Shown here: piece by piece, positions 45,621 through 63,484 of the stretch | Layout of the letters: each line of letters opens with the position of its first letter | Position numbering within the stretch: the stretch's first letter is position 1 | DNA from: the human T2T-CHM13v2.0 reference genome, Homo sapiens | NCBI RefSeq assembly: GCF_009914755.1 | Contig: NC_060931.1 | Direction: 5' to 3' (one strand) | Length of the DNA stretch: 64,000 nt | Translations under genes and position numbers: made by a program | The notes under the pieces: model-generated | The model's input: the letters and a program-made list of their open reading frames with translations, nothing else | Database searches by the model: none | What the model was told of the DNA's origin: nothing

Positions 45621-46006
45621 TGAACTCCTGATCTCAGGTGATCCACCAAGCCTCGGCCTCCCAAAGTGCTGGGATTACAGGCATGAGCCACCACACCCGG
45701 CCTGAATTTGGTGAACCTTTGGACAGCTCTCCCCTTGTGTTGTAGCCTCAGGCTTCGCAGGTCATCTCCCCCAGCTTCATGCTCTTCACTGGTTTCCCAT
45801 CATTGCCCAGGACCCAGTTGTGAACTCCTTATAAGGCCTGTCAGGCCCCGATGCCCTGGCCCTGCTTCTGGCCTTTTTCCCTGCCACAGCCACCCCCACA
45901 TGCTGTTACCAGACAGCACTGGGCTCATGTCAGCTGCAATTGCTATCACTCATCTCTGCCACCAGCAGACCCTCCTGTATGCACCTTTCTGGAAGGGTCT
46001 TTATAG

Positions 46007-46258
<252 letters not shown>

Positions 46259-47796
46259 TGATCCTCCCACCTCAGCCTCCCAAAGTGTTGGTATTACAGG
46301 TGTGAGCCACTGTGCCCAGCCTTCCCAGTATTTCATAAGCAGTTACCTCTTCCCAGAAGTCTTCCTCCACCCTGTGAGTCTGTGTAATTCTCTGAGCTTC
46401 TCATTGGGCCCAATGAGCCCCTGTCACACCACTTAGCACACTGGAGTGTCTGCCTGCCTTCTCAGATGGAAGCTCCATGAGGGTGAGCACGTGTCAACCT
46501 CATGCACACCTATGCCCAGCACCTCGATACCATGCTTTGCACACCACAGGGCTCAGTAAGGATTTTACTAAATATGGCCAGGTACAGTGGCTCGCACCTT
46601 TAATCTCAGCAATTTGGGAGGCCAAGTTGGGAGGATCACTTGAAACCAAAAGTTTGAGACCAGCCTGGGCAACATACTGAGACCCCATCTCTTCAAAATA
46701 TTAAAAGCTTAGCCAAGTGTGGTGGCGTGCACCTGTAGTCCCAGCTACTCAGGAGGCCGAGGTGGGATAGTCGCTTGAACCCAGGAGCTCAAGGGTGCAG
46801 TGAGCCATGATTGTGCCACTGCACTCCAGCCAGGCTGGCAGAATGAGATCCTGTCTCTAAAAAAAAATTGACTAAATGTGTGAATGAAGGAATGAATGAG
46901 TGTATTCTTCCCTGTTCCCTGAGAAGTGTCTGCAAAAGCCAGTGTACTTCCTTCCATCCCCTTCCCTCCCTGTTCACCAGGTGCCTCTCATTGTCTCCCA
47001 AGCCTCTGCAGACACATCCCAAGGAACAGTGCTGCTGAAGGACTAGTTCTGTTCCTTGTGATGGTGGAAAGAAATGGGATTCGGGCTGGGCGCGGTGGCT
47101 CACGCCTGTAATCCCAGCACTTTGGGAGGCCAAGGCAAGAGGATTGTTTGAGGCCAGCCTGGGCAACATAGTAAGACCCCCATCTCTACAAAAAACAAAG
47201 ATTAGCCAGGTGTGGTGGTGCATGCCTGTAATCCCAGCGCTTGGGAGGCTGAGGCAAGATGATAGCTTGAGCCCAGAAGGTTGAGGCTGCAGTGAGCCAT
47301 GATCACGCCGGTGCACTACAGCCTGGGTGACAGGTGTACCCTGTCTCTAAAAAATAAAAAAAAGAGGCCAGGCATGGTGGCTCACATCTGTAATTCCAGC
47401 ACTTTGGGAGGCCAAGGCCGTTGGATCACCTCAGGTCAGGGGTTTGAGACCAGCCTGGCTAACATGGTGAAACCCCATCTCTACTAAAAATACAAAAATT
47501 AGCCGGGCATAGTGGGCGGGTGACTTAGCTGTGCTGGTAGAACGTATGGGGATTCCCACCCCATGCAGCACGCCATCCCATTTGCCGAGTGTGGTGGCTC
47601 ACGCCTGTAATCCCAACACTTTGGGAGGCTGAAGCGGGCAGACCACCTGAGGTTGAGAGTTTGAGATCAGCCTGGCTAACATGGTGAAACCTCTAGCTTT
47701 GCTTAGAGAAGCCAGAAAGAGGTGCAGTGGCTCAGGCCTACGTAATCCCAGCACTTTGCGGGGCCGAAGTGGGCAGACCATGAGGTCAGGAGTTCA

Positions 47797-48063
<267 letters not shown>

Positions 48064-48502
48064 TCAGAACTGGCTCTACCACTTACCAGCTGTGCACATA
48101 CCTTATTTTCTTCATTTGCAAAGTGAGAAAATGGGACCAAGCTTGCAGGGTTGCTGTGACACATTGCCCGCCAGCCTGACACATGGTAGGCAGTCATTAG
48201 ATCAGGGTCTTCCTCCCTCTTTCCCAGTGCCCCTGCCTAAGCTCACTCACCTCTGGAACCTTGGGACACACACACACTCCTGCAATCTCAAGTAGCAGCC
48301 GCTACTTCCTGACCCACCTCTGTCCTCCCCAAGGTTGCCCTTTCCTCTATCCCCTGACAAAGAGTAGTGCCAGGCACGGAATAGATGCTCCAAAGACATG
48401 AAAAGAATGAAGGAATGAATGAAGCAGCCATCACAGTATCCCCTGGGGCATGATCCCCAGTGGCCACCAGCCTCCTTTTTTTTTTTTTTTTTTTTTTTGT
48501 GA

Positions 48503-48870
<368 letters not shown>

Positions 48871-49499
48871 TGATCTCCTGACCTCAGGCAATCTGCCCAC
48901 CTTGGCCTCCCAAAGTGCTGGGATTACAGGGGTGAGCCACTGTGTCTGGCCTGCCACCAGCCTCTTGATAGGCAGGCCAGGCAGAGAACATGTGAACACA
49001 CAGGTGCCAGGACACCCTCCCAAGGCAACGACAAGGAACAGAAAAATTGACATTGGACTTTACCAAAGGACAAAGAGGAAGGAGGAGGGAAGATAAAGAA
49101 AATGTATAGCTCTGTGGGAAAAGGAAACTTTGAGAACTGCTGGGCTGGATTCTTGTGCATGGCATGAGGGTACCCCTGCAAGTCACCCCAAGGATCACAT
49201 GTGCACAATTGTGTCCTCTGAGCAGACTCCTCTGAAGGGTATCTGCGTTCCCCACAGCCATTCCTGGTTCTAAGAGGACAAGTTCCAAAAAAAGCTTTTA
49301 AAAATTTTTTATTGATTTATTTTTTATTTTTGGTAGAGATGGGGTCTTGCTATGTTGCTAAGGTTTGTCATGAACTCCTGGCCTCAAGTGATTCCCCTCC
49401 CCCTGCCCCACCTCAGCCTCCCAAAGTGCTGGGATTACAGGTGCAAGCCACTGTGCCCGGCCCGAAATCACTTTCTAAGTTCGCCCCTTTCATCTGAAA

Positions 49500-50090
49500 T
49501 GTTTTCCTCTTGTGAACGTTTTATGTCACGTGTACCCTTAGGACCCCCTGACAGCCCTCCTCAGGCCCCTTCTGCAGCCTCCTTTGTTATATGTGATCGG
49601 AGCACCCCGAGAGCTTCATCATCCACGATGAGCACCCGCCCTCTCTCCAGTCGGAACCATTGGCTGATGAGTAAGGGCTGATTTCTTCTCAAATGATTAC
49701 CACCCCCAATTCATTACATTGCAAAGACTGAGCTCAGAATGGCTTGTCTGATGCTTGATGCGGTTGCGCTTTTTTGGAATGCCATTCATTGAGGATGCAA
49801 GTTCTCTCCCGTGTGATGCTTTCAGGTGCAAGCTGTGACATGGTTCCACGCGCTTCTATGCTTTGTCCTCCCCTGTGATTTTCGCATCTCCAATAACAGC
49901 TCGCCTCCGTCTGAGGATTTTCCTCCACTAGTGCCATTCACTGGGAGTCTCTCTAGTATGAATTATGAGATGAATGGAAATTTTCCCTCATTCATAATAT
50001 TTGAAGCTTTCCTCTGCCCTGTGAGTTCTTTGATATTCTACTGCAAATCCTGACCAAGTGTTTTGCCATGTGTATCAGGCCAGTAGAGTT
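49500..50090 (-). pseudogene. Possible heavily decayed C2H2 zinc-finger array remnant
   Basis: Minus strand shows spaced linker-like relics (CACACGGGAGAG = HTGE, CATACTAGAGAG = HTRE, GAATGAGGGAAA = E*GK); no intact finger. Confidence 0.4.
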
Positions 50091-51769
50091 TAGGCTTAGA
50101 GTCTGCAATTTCCCCAAAGTGGTACCTTTTTTTTTTTTTTTTTAAGAGATGGGGTCTTGCTCTGCATTTCTAGGCTGGAATGCAGTGGCATGATTATAGC
50201 TTACTGCAGCCTTGACCTCCTGGGCTCAAGTGATCCTCCCACCTCAGCTTTCTGAGCAGCTGGAACTACAGGCACACGCCAGCATACCTGGCTAATTTTT
50301 AAATTTTTTATAGAGATGAGGTCTCACGGTGTTGCCCCGGCTGCTCTTGAACTCCTGGGCTCTAGGAGTCTTCCCATCTCAGCCTCCCAAAGCACTCTGA
50401 TTACAGGCATGAGCCACCGTGCTTAGCCCAAACTGTATTCTGAGTGCCATGTCATTGCTGATGGTCAGCGCCCCCTGGAATGCAGTGGGGTGCCCACCCC
50501 TGCCACTCCACATTCTGCCCATCCTTTAAGCCTGGCCCAAAGCCCACCTGTTCCCTGAAGCCTTCCTGGGATGCTGTGAGCCTGGAGCCCTGCTCCCCTG
50601 CTTCCCTTCATGAGAATGCACTGCCTGTGAAACCCGTTTAACACTCATGCCACACTTAGCCCTTCATTATCTTTTGATGACTTTTTCTTCTGAAGCAGAC
50701 TGAGAGATCTTTGAAGAGGGGCCGCCCCTTGTCCTCTGGATGGTCCAAGAATCCTTTGAACCCTGAGACACTCAGGGTGGCTTGGCGGACTGTGTGGACA
50801 GGAGACTGCTTATAACTGTGACGATGTCATCTAGGCAGATGGGTTTGTTGTTCAGGTCATTTACCTTCCACTGAAGATGTAGCCCGCCTTCTTCAGGGTG
50901 GTTGCCCCTTGAAGGTCACACGGGGAGGAAGGTGATCTTATACTTACTGCCACCTCTTCCTCCCCTCCCAACCTCCAGCCCCAGGCAGGCCAGCCGCATT
51001 AGCCAAGGTGGTCGATGCTTGGTCTCCACAGCTTCAGCTCTGCCTGAGAGTTGTTGCTAGTTGCCCTGTATTACACTAGGCCCTGGGAACAATTTTGGGG
51101 ATGGAAAGGCAAGGAACAAGCAAGAAGTCAGTGTTGTTGGCCAGGTGCGGTGGTAGCTTACACCTGCAATCCCAGCACTTTGGGAGACCAAGTTGGGCAG
51201 ATCACCTGAGGTCAGGAGTTCAAGACCAGCCTGGCCAACATGGTGAAACCCCATCTCCACTAAAAATACAAAAAAATAGCCAGGCATGGTGGTGCACACC
51301 TATAATCCCAGCTACTCAGGAGACTGAGGCACTAAAATCGCTTGAACCCGGGAGGTGGAGATTGCAGTGAGCTGAGAGCATTCTACTGGGTAACATTCCA
51401 GCGTGGGTAACAGAGAAAGACTGCTCTCAAAAAAAAAAAAAAAAAAAAAATAGAAGTCACCATTGCTGGGGAGCTGTGCATTCACAGTCCTAGTTAAGTA
51501 TGACCAGCTCAGGGACCACCCTCGATGTGAACCTGGGGCTCTCTGAAAGCAAGGCTATGCCTTAGGCCTGTCTCTGTGTCCACAGTGCCCAGCTTAGCAT
51601 CTGGCTCGTAGTAGGTATGCACTCAGTATCTGTTGAATGAATGTTGCACTCTGGTTCCCAGGCAGCCAAGGAGTTCTTGGAGGTAGCGAGGAGAACAGAC
51701 CTTAAGGACTGTGCTGAAATGTCCCACCTGGGTCTGCTCCTGCCCCTGGGGAGGACATCATCCCATTGA

Positions 51770-52027
<258 letters not shown>

Positions 52028-52119
52028 TAAAGGTGAGTGCCACCATGCCCGGCTAATTTTTGTATTTTTAGTGGAGACAGGGTTTCACCAGGTTGACCAG
52101 GCCGGTCTCAAACTCCTTA

Positions 52120-52542
<423 letters not shown>

Positions 52543-52907
52543 TTAAAATTCTTGTTATCTTGACACAGATGGTAAGAACTAGTTCTTAGTGTTGGCGCTG
52601 CCTGTGAGAACTGCATTTCCTAGAAAGCCAAGTCTTCCACACTGCTGAACTTTGACTTGCCGAACATGTCAGCAGGTCATTCAGCATTCAGGAGAGAAGG
52701 AAAGGGAGTTCCCTGGCCAGCTGCCTCTCTGTCTGCTTACCAGATGCTCGTGTATTTACCCAGTTCTCTGCAGGCCACAGGAGACAGCCGGTTGCTGGCT
52801 TCATTGCTCAAGTCCTGGAATTGTATAGCTGGAATGCCATTTACAGTGAGCCTCCAGAATATCCTCAGCCAGGCGCAGAGGCTCATGCCTGTAATCCCAG
52901 CACTTTA

Positions 52908-53324
<417 letters not shown>

Positions 53325-53398
53325 TCACTTGAGTCCAGGAGTTCTGGACCAGCCTGGGCAACATAGCAAGACCCTGTCTCTGCAAACAATAATATTTA

Positions 53399-53620
<222 letters not shown>

Positions 53621-53668
53621 CTATTGGAGAAGCTAGGCATCCCCATGGGGGTAGCAAAGGCCATTCTA

Positions 53669-53815
<147 letters not shown>

Positions 53816-53854
53816 TTAGCCGGGCATGGTGGTGCAGGCCTGTAATTCTAGTTA

Positions 53855-53947
<93 letters not shown>

Positions 53948-53964
53948 CTAGACTCCATCTCAAA

Positions 53965-53965
53965 A

Positions 53966-54008
<43 letters not shown>
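53965..54008. repeat. (TAAA)n Alu-tail microsatellite
   Basis: Perfect TAAA run following an Alu. Confidence 0.95.
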
Positions 54009-54402
54009 AATGAGAGGCTTCTATAAAGTTGCTCAAGAAACTGGATCTAGATGGAGAGCTGTAAAGACACCCCTACCCCATCCCCAGTCCCCACCATGGA
54101 GGGCACCAGATCCCTGTTAAGAAGAGCCAAGCCAGTGCCCTGAAGCTCTAGCTGGGTCTCTCACTGGGCCTTTGGCCCTCACTTGCCAAGTGCATAAGTG
54201 ACTCACAATCGCAGTCACCATCATGTGTCCTGGGCCAGTGGTGCCAATTGTTTCCCATGCAGTATCTCATTTAGTCCTACCAGCAACCCTGTGAAAGAGG
54301 TGTGTTTCTATCCTCTTGTTACAAATGAAAAAAATAAGACTTAAAGAGGCTAAATAACTTGCCCAAGGTCATGCAGCTAGTAAGTAGAAGAGCAGGGGTT
54401 CA

Positions 54403-55048
<646 letters not shown>

Positions 55049-57369
55049 TCAACATCCTAAATCCAGTAGGCAAGAAACACTTCCAATCACTATTAAAGCC
55101 ATGTTCATGAGAGAACTCAAGCTTTCTACCTGCAGCAACTGGAATTTCTGCTGTGGGAATTGGGGGACATTCTTGAGCCATGGAAGCCTTGAGGCCGCTG
55201 GGACTCAAGAATCTGTGATGATGCCCTCAGCTCCGTGAGTCTTGTGTTCCAGTTTATTTCTGCTCCACTATGTCTGAGGTCTCCTCTCCTCCACAGCTAT
55301 TGGGGCTGAAATGTCCAAAGTGGCTTTTGCAGTCACATGACTGATGCCTCATGTTCTTCCATGTGGTCTCTCTCCCTGACAGAGTAGCCTTGTCATCTTG
55401 TACAGTTGCTGGGCTCTGAGAACCCTCTATGGATACCCTACACCATTGCACCATCACCTGTGCTACCCCCAGCCTCTCCATGGAAACCGCTGCCCAGGCA
55501 GCTGTGTCACACCATGTGACCCTGCCTCTCTGCCACCCCCCAAGCCCCCAGATATACAGTTCAGTGGACCAGGATCACATACAGCTGGCCAGTGATTTTT
55601 GAAGTCATCTGGCTCACAAATGTAGGGAAAGCCAGCCAGGCCAGTCAGATGGCCCCTTTTGGAAATTGGAGTGGAAAAACCAGACAGTAGAATCAATGAG
55701 CAACAAGATGTCCTAAGGGCAAGTAGGGCCTGGTCAGACCAGTGTGCTGGCCAGAATTACACCGGAGAAGAAACTTGGCGATTGAAGCAAAACCAAAATA
55801 AGCTAAGCCATGGAGAAAATCCCCTTGCGGAGGGAAAATGAGCTTGGTTTTGGCGAGAGGATAAAGGAGGACAGGGCAGGAACTGAGCTGGGACTCCAAA
55901 AAGGGCCGAGAGAAGCCATCCCAGGGGGACCTCCTGCCTGTGGGTGTCATTGCAGCCAGTTTGCCACTTGTTCCCTTTGCTGTCAGTTGGCTTAGAAGTG
56001 GGTGGGTGACTTAGCTGTGCTGCTAGAACGTAGAGGGATTTCCAGCCCATGCAGCACGCCATCCCATTTCCCGGGCATGGTGGCTCACGCCTGTAATCCC
56101 AGCACTTTCAGAGGCCAGGGCAGGTGGATCACGAAGTCAAGAGTTCAAGACCATCCTGGCCAAGATGGTGAAACCCCGTCTCTACTAAAAATACAAAAAT
56201 TGTGGGCCAGGCACCGTGGCTCATGCCTGTAATCCCAGCACTTTGGGAGGCCGAGGTGGGTGGATCACCTGAGGTTGGGAGTTTGAGATCAGCCTGGCTA
56301 ACACGGTGAAACCTGGTCTCTATTAAATATGCAGAATTAGCTGGATGTCCTGGCACATGCCTGTAATCCCAGCTACTTCGGAGGATGAGGCAGGAGAATC
56401 GCTTGAACCTGTAGGCGGAGGTTACAGTGAGCCGAGATCATGCCACTGCACTCCAGCCTGGGTGATAGAGAGAGACTCCATCTCAACAACAACAACAACA
56501 ACAAAACAAAAACATATGGCGAGATGGCTGGGACCATCTTGAGACCACGAGGCAACAAGACCAAGGGGAAAAGCCCACATACTGAGGATGGCAGAGCCTA
56601 TGTCCTCCATGACAGCGTTGAGCCACCATACCTATCCTGGAACCCCCACTTCCAGTCTTACTGATCTGTAAGTCACGTGTCTTTATTTTCTGGGCAGATT
56701 TCTGCTACCTGCAGCCTAAAGCATCCCTCACCGCTTCTCAGAACCCCGTGACTGTTGCTGTAACTCCCAATGGAAAATCAACCTAAGTTTAGACATTAGA
56801 AATCAAATTATTGCTCATATGGAGGGAATAAGAATGAGGATTGGTCTTAGCCTACAGAGGAATCCCAGCTCAGAGTCCTAACCCCAAGGCCTAGGGGACA
56901 TAGACAAGGAAAGAAAGAGATATTCATGCAAGTTCCAGACATCTTCTTTTTTTATTTTGAGACTGAGTTGCTCTGTTGCCAGACTGGAGTGCAGTGGTGT
57001 GATCTCGGCTCACTGCAACCTCTGACTCCCTGGTTCAAGCAATCCTCTTGCCTCAGGGTCTCAAGTAGCTGAGATTACAGGCAAGTGCCACCATGCCCAG
57101 CTAACTTTTTTTTTTTTTTTTTTGTATTCTTAGTAGAGACAGGGTTTCACCATGTTGGCCAGGATGGTCTCCATCTCCTGACCTCATGATCCACCCACCT
57201 TGGCCTCCCAAAGTGCTAGGATTACAGGTGTCAGCTACCTTGCCCAGCCTTAGACATCTTCTAAAACAGGACTCGATGAATTGTGGTAACTCAGTGGGGC
57301 TTTAATGCCTGAGATTTTGAGTGTGAGCAAGGGAACTAACTAGAAAAAGTTGATGGCAGCTGGAACTAA

Positions 57370-57820
<451 letters not shown>

Positions 57821-58017
57821 TGATCTGCCTGCCTTGGCCTCCCAAAGTGCTGGGATTCTAGGTGTGAGCCACTGAGCCTCTTTCTGGCTTCTCTAAGCAA
57901 AGCTAGGAGCCAAAAATCTACAAAACCTAACTCACTTCTATTAAGAACTCAATGGGCCGGGCATGATGGCTCACGCCTGTAATACCAGCACTTTGGGAGG
58001 CCAAGGCAGGTGGATCA

Positions 58018-58302
<285 letters not shown>

Positions 58303-58380
58303 TTAGAATGCTGGTTCAAGGCCAAGGAATGAGGCTGGTAGGAGAGAAGCTTTCTTCTGGTCTGACTTTTGCCAAACAAC

Positions 58381-58424
58381 ATGTGCGTGTGTGTGTGTGT
58401 GTGTGTATGTGTGTGTGTGTGTGT
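58381..58424. repeat. (TG)n microsatellite
   Basis: Imperfect TG run. Confidence 0.93.
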
Positions 58425-58429
58425 TGCTT

Positions 58430-59865
58430 CAACACAAGAAATACGCCTGATTCTTCCCTTATGGAATAAGAAGCTGAACGTAAGAGCTCTAGCCCATCCT
58501 CTTTAAATCTCTGTTTTTGAAAATATGAAACAAAGAGAAACTGGCATCCTCCTAATGTATCTTAGAAATACCCACTATTTCATTTTACTCAGACCTGGAG
58601 AAAAAGCACCTGCAGCCACATTTTCCCATCTCCAAATAATCTTCAGCATTTGTAGAGATGTGGTCCTGGAAGTTCATCAGATATATGGGGCCTACCTATG
58701 AGTGTGTTGTGATGATATTAGAATTTGCAACTGCCATATTCTGGCACCAAACCCAGCACCTCTCAATGCTGTCCTTCTGCACCCCACATATTGTGTAATG
58801 TTTTGAAAGGCAAAGCCAGTGCACCATTGATTTTTGCCTGTTGCTTCATTCCCTCAACAGAGACGTAAGGAATGAAAACTTTGATTGGGGTGAAAGAAGC
58901 AAAAAAGTTTAAACTCCTACTTTAATGGGATTAATGTTTTAACGTGAATCTTAATAAACCCTGAATTCCTCCAGCAAGTTTCTCTATATGTCACTGAGGA
59001 TTCTCTGAAATCCAATAAGGAAAAAAACTGGAAGACTTTTTCCCCTTCTTCATCATCAAGGTTTTTCTCCGGGATGAATTAGCCTGATTAGTGCCTGAAA
59101 GTTCTCCCATGATCCGTCCAAGCTCATTCCTTTTTGTGTGTGAATTCTCCAATGATGAGAAAGCTAAACTTGTCCCCAAGTGATTTTCCACACTCATTGT
59201 ACTCCTAAGACTTCTTTCCAGTGTGGATGATCTCACATTCCATATTCCCCATGCTTCCCCGAGTTTTCCGTCTTCATTACGTATGACCATTTAAAGTCCC
59301 ACCTGAATTAGCTGATATTGTCTAAGTATGGAACTCTGATTGAAGGTTCTTCCTCATCCATTATACTCACAAGGCCCCTCTGTGCTACAAAATCCCAGAA
59401 TGTCTGATTAGCTCTGGGCACCATCTCAAAGCATTTTTACGTCCATTACACACATACGATTTTCCTCCATTGTGAATTCTCTGATGTTGAATGAGCTATA
59501 CTTTTCCAAAAGCTCTTGCACATTTCTGCATTGATAGACTCTTTGTTGCATGTGAATTAGCTGATGCTGCATTGGAATGTTGACGATGCCTCCCCCATCT
59601 CCACAGATTCTCTCCAAAATAAACGTTACAGTGTTCAATAGCATGTGAGCCCCAGGGAAAACTGCCTGTATAAGTGACAAAGATGTTCTCTGTGATATAA
59701 ACACTGTAATATTGAATAAATTCTGAATTCTGTTGCACAACTTGACCATATCATATTTGGAGTTTCTCTCACTTCTAAAACATGTAAATGGAATCACGAT
59801 TTTTTCTGTATTCATGGCACTCAATAGAATGGGGTCCCTAAAATGGTCCTCTACATGTCCCCATG
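58430..59865 (-). pseudogene. Decayed C2H2 zinc-finger gene remnant
   Basis: Minus strand gives KCARAFGKV*LIQHQRIHNGGKSYVCNGRKNAF (~59430-59530) and LIHPGEKP (~59060-59083), with stops and frameshifts. Confidence 0.65.
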
Positions 59866-59867
59866 TT

Positions 59868-60210
59868 TGTAATGGCCCAAGGGGTTCTTCCTGACTACCA
59901 CACAAACAAAATCCACTGAAGACCATGGCGTTAAAGAGTTTCATTGATGCGAAGCCAGCTATGCCACGTGGGAAATGGAGTTATTACTCAAATCAATCTT
60001 GCTAACGTCTTGCAGAAGAGGGATTTTTCCAAGATAGTGTTGTGGGCAAGGGGCTAGGATAGGGGGCCTGCTGATTGGTTGGGTGCAGGAGATGAAATCA
60101 TAGAGAATTAAAGCTGTCCTCTTGGGCTGAGTCAGTTCCTGAGTGGGGGCCACAGGACTGGTTGGCAGGTGGGGACATCCAGTTGTCAGAAATGCAAAAA
60201 TTTGAAAAGC
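59868..60210 (-). mobile_element. ERV1 MER4/LTR8-group LTR fragment
   Basis: TGTAATGGCCCAAGGGGTTC start, TTATTACTCAAATCAATCT, GCTGTCCTCTTGGGCTGAGTCAGTTCCTG motifs. Confidence 0.65.
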
Positions 60211-60230
60211 GTTTTTTCCTTTTCTTTTGA

Positions 60231-60512
<282 letters not shown>

Positions 60513-61214
60513 TGAAAAGCATTTTTTTCTAAGAATACATATAGATTTTCCCCATTCATCAGATTTTTCTTTTCCTTTCTTTTTTTTTATTTAATTTTTA
60601 TTTTGAGACAGAGTCTTGCTCTGTCACCCAGGCTGGAGTGCAATGGTGAGATCTCGGCTCACTGCAAACTCTGCCTCCTGGATTGTTCAAGTGATTCTCC
60701 TGCCTCAGCCTCCTTCCTGAGTAGCTGGGATTATAGGCACCTGCCACCATGCCCAGCTAATTTTTGTATTTTTAATAGAGTCGGGGTTTCACCATGTTGT
60801 CCAGGCTGGTCTCGAACTCCTGACCTGAGCTGATCCACCCACCTCAGCCCCCCAAAGTGCTGGGATTACAGGCATGAGCCACTGCACCTGGCCTACTCTG
60901 CTTTTTCAAAATGCTTGTGGTAAAAACAAGATAGATATGTTGGAGTTAGTATTCATGTAGAGATTTAAAAATGTCTTCAAGAGGGGTTAAGCGTGGTCAG
61001 TTGTGTCTTTATGGCCAAGCACTTAGATAAATTGAAAAAAGATGAAAATCATGTAACATAATCACAAAAGATTGTGTTCACAATGATGTCGGGGATCTCA
61101 CGAAGGTTCCTTAATATAGACAACATTTTAACCATAGCCATATTTTAAGCAGTCATCTTTTTTCTCTACAATGTATTCCTGGACTGCTTTGTTAAAAAGT
61201 CACATTTTCTTTTA

Positions 61215-61684
<470 letters not shown>

Positions 61685-62637
61685 TTCTAGTCCAATAACA
61701 TTCAAAAGAGATTTACTTAGCCAAAAAATCCTAAACAACCCTTTTGTCAATCAAGAGGAGAATAAATAAATTGTGGTATGTTCAGACCAAAACCTCCACT
61801 CAACTATAAAAAGGAACCTACTGATGCATGCAGTGTGAGTGAATCTCACATTGTGCTCAGTGAGACGTGTTAAACACAAAAGGGCACATACTGTGTGATT
61901 TTAGTTACATGAAATTCTAGAACAGGCAAAGTTAACCTATAGAGAGAACAATCAGATGAGTGGTTGCCTGGAGTGGGGAGTGAAAGGGAGATTGCCTGTA
62001 AAGGGGAGGGAAGGAGGTGAAAATGTTTTATACCTTTGATAAAAGTCATCTACTTGATATTTCAAATATGTAGAACTTATTGTCCGTAAATTATGTCTCA
62101 GTAAAGCCGGTTTATTAAAAAAAAGGCAAAAACATAACAATGGGGTAGTCTTTAGTAATATACAAGGGTTATACTATGCTTGGAGTGCTGTGACTTTGGA
62201 TACAGATGTCTAACAAGATCGGTTATTTTACAGCCTTCAATGCACTCTGAAGTCCACACAAAACACAAACTATTCTGCTTTTCTGTCCAGTCCAAAAATA
62301 GCCCTAGGAAAAAACCTTTTAACATTAACAATGTGCTTCCCTTTTTAGAATTCTGGAGAATCATGGGGAAATTATGTATAAGATATAGGGCTCTTTTCAA
62401 AATCAGCTTTTCAGAGAAAACTGAAATATCCTTTCTCTTTCTTCTGATAAATTTCCCTGAAAGAAACAGAAACACACCAAGTAATCCCATTGATCTTTTT
62501 TTTTCTTTCTTTTTTTTTTTTTTTTCTGAGATGCAGTCTTGCTCTGTCATTTCAGCTGGTGTGCAGTGACACGATCCCGGCTCCACTGCAACCTCCACCT
62601 CCCAGGTTCAAGCGATTCTCCTGCCTCAGCCTCCTGA

Positions 62638-63045
<408 letters not shown>

Positions 63046-63380
63046 TGACCTCAAATGATCCACCACCTCAGCCTCCCAAAGTGCTGGGATTGCAGGCATG
63101 AGCCACCTTGACCGGCCAGTTTGAATGCTTTCTATCAATCCACGTTTGTCTACTGACTCTTCCTCACCTTCATATTGTTAATTGAGTCCATCTAGTGAGT
63201 TTTAAATTTTTGTTATTGTATTTTTGTTTTAAAATTTCCATTTGAGGCTAGGTGTTGTGGCTCATGCCTGTAATCCCAGCACTCTGGGAGGCCGAGGTGG
63301 TCGAATCACTTCAATTCAGGAGTTTGCGACCAGCCTGGGTGACATGGCAAGACCCTATCTCTACACAAAATACAAAAATT

Positions 63381-63484
63381 GTGCATGCTTCGGTAGCACA
63401 TATACTAAAATTGGAAAGATACAGAGAAGATTAGCATGGCCCCTGCACAAAGATGACATGCAAATTTGTGTTGCGTTCCATATT
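63381..63484 (+). pseudogene. RNU6: U6 snRNA pseudogene embedded in Alu sequence
   Basis: GTGCATGCTTCGGTAGCACATATACTAAAATTGGAAAGATACAGAGAAGATTAGCATGGCCCCTGC...GCGTTCCATATT, a near full-length U6 with intact ACAGAGA box; no upstream PSE/TATA because the flank is Alu. Confidence 0.93.

Noticed and set aside
63381-63484. Functional U6 gene
   Set aside because: Several substitutions, no upstream type-3 promoter and no terminator run.
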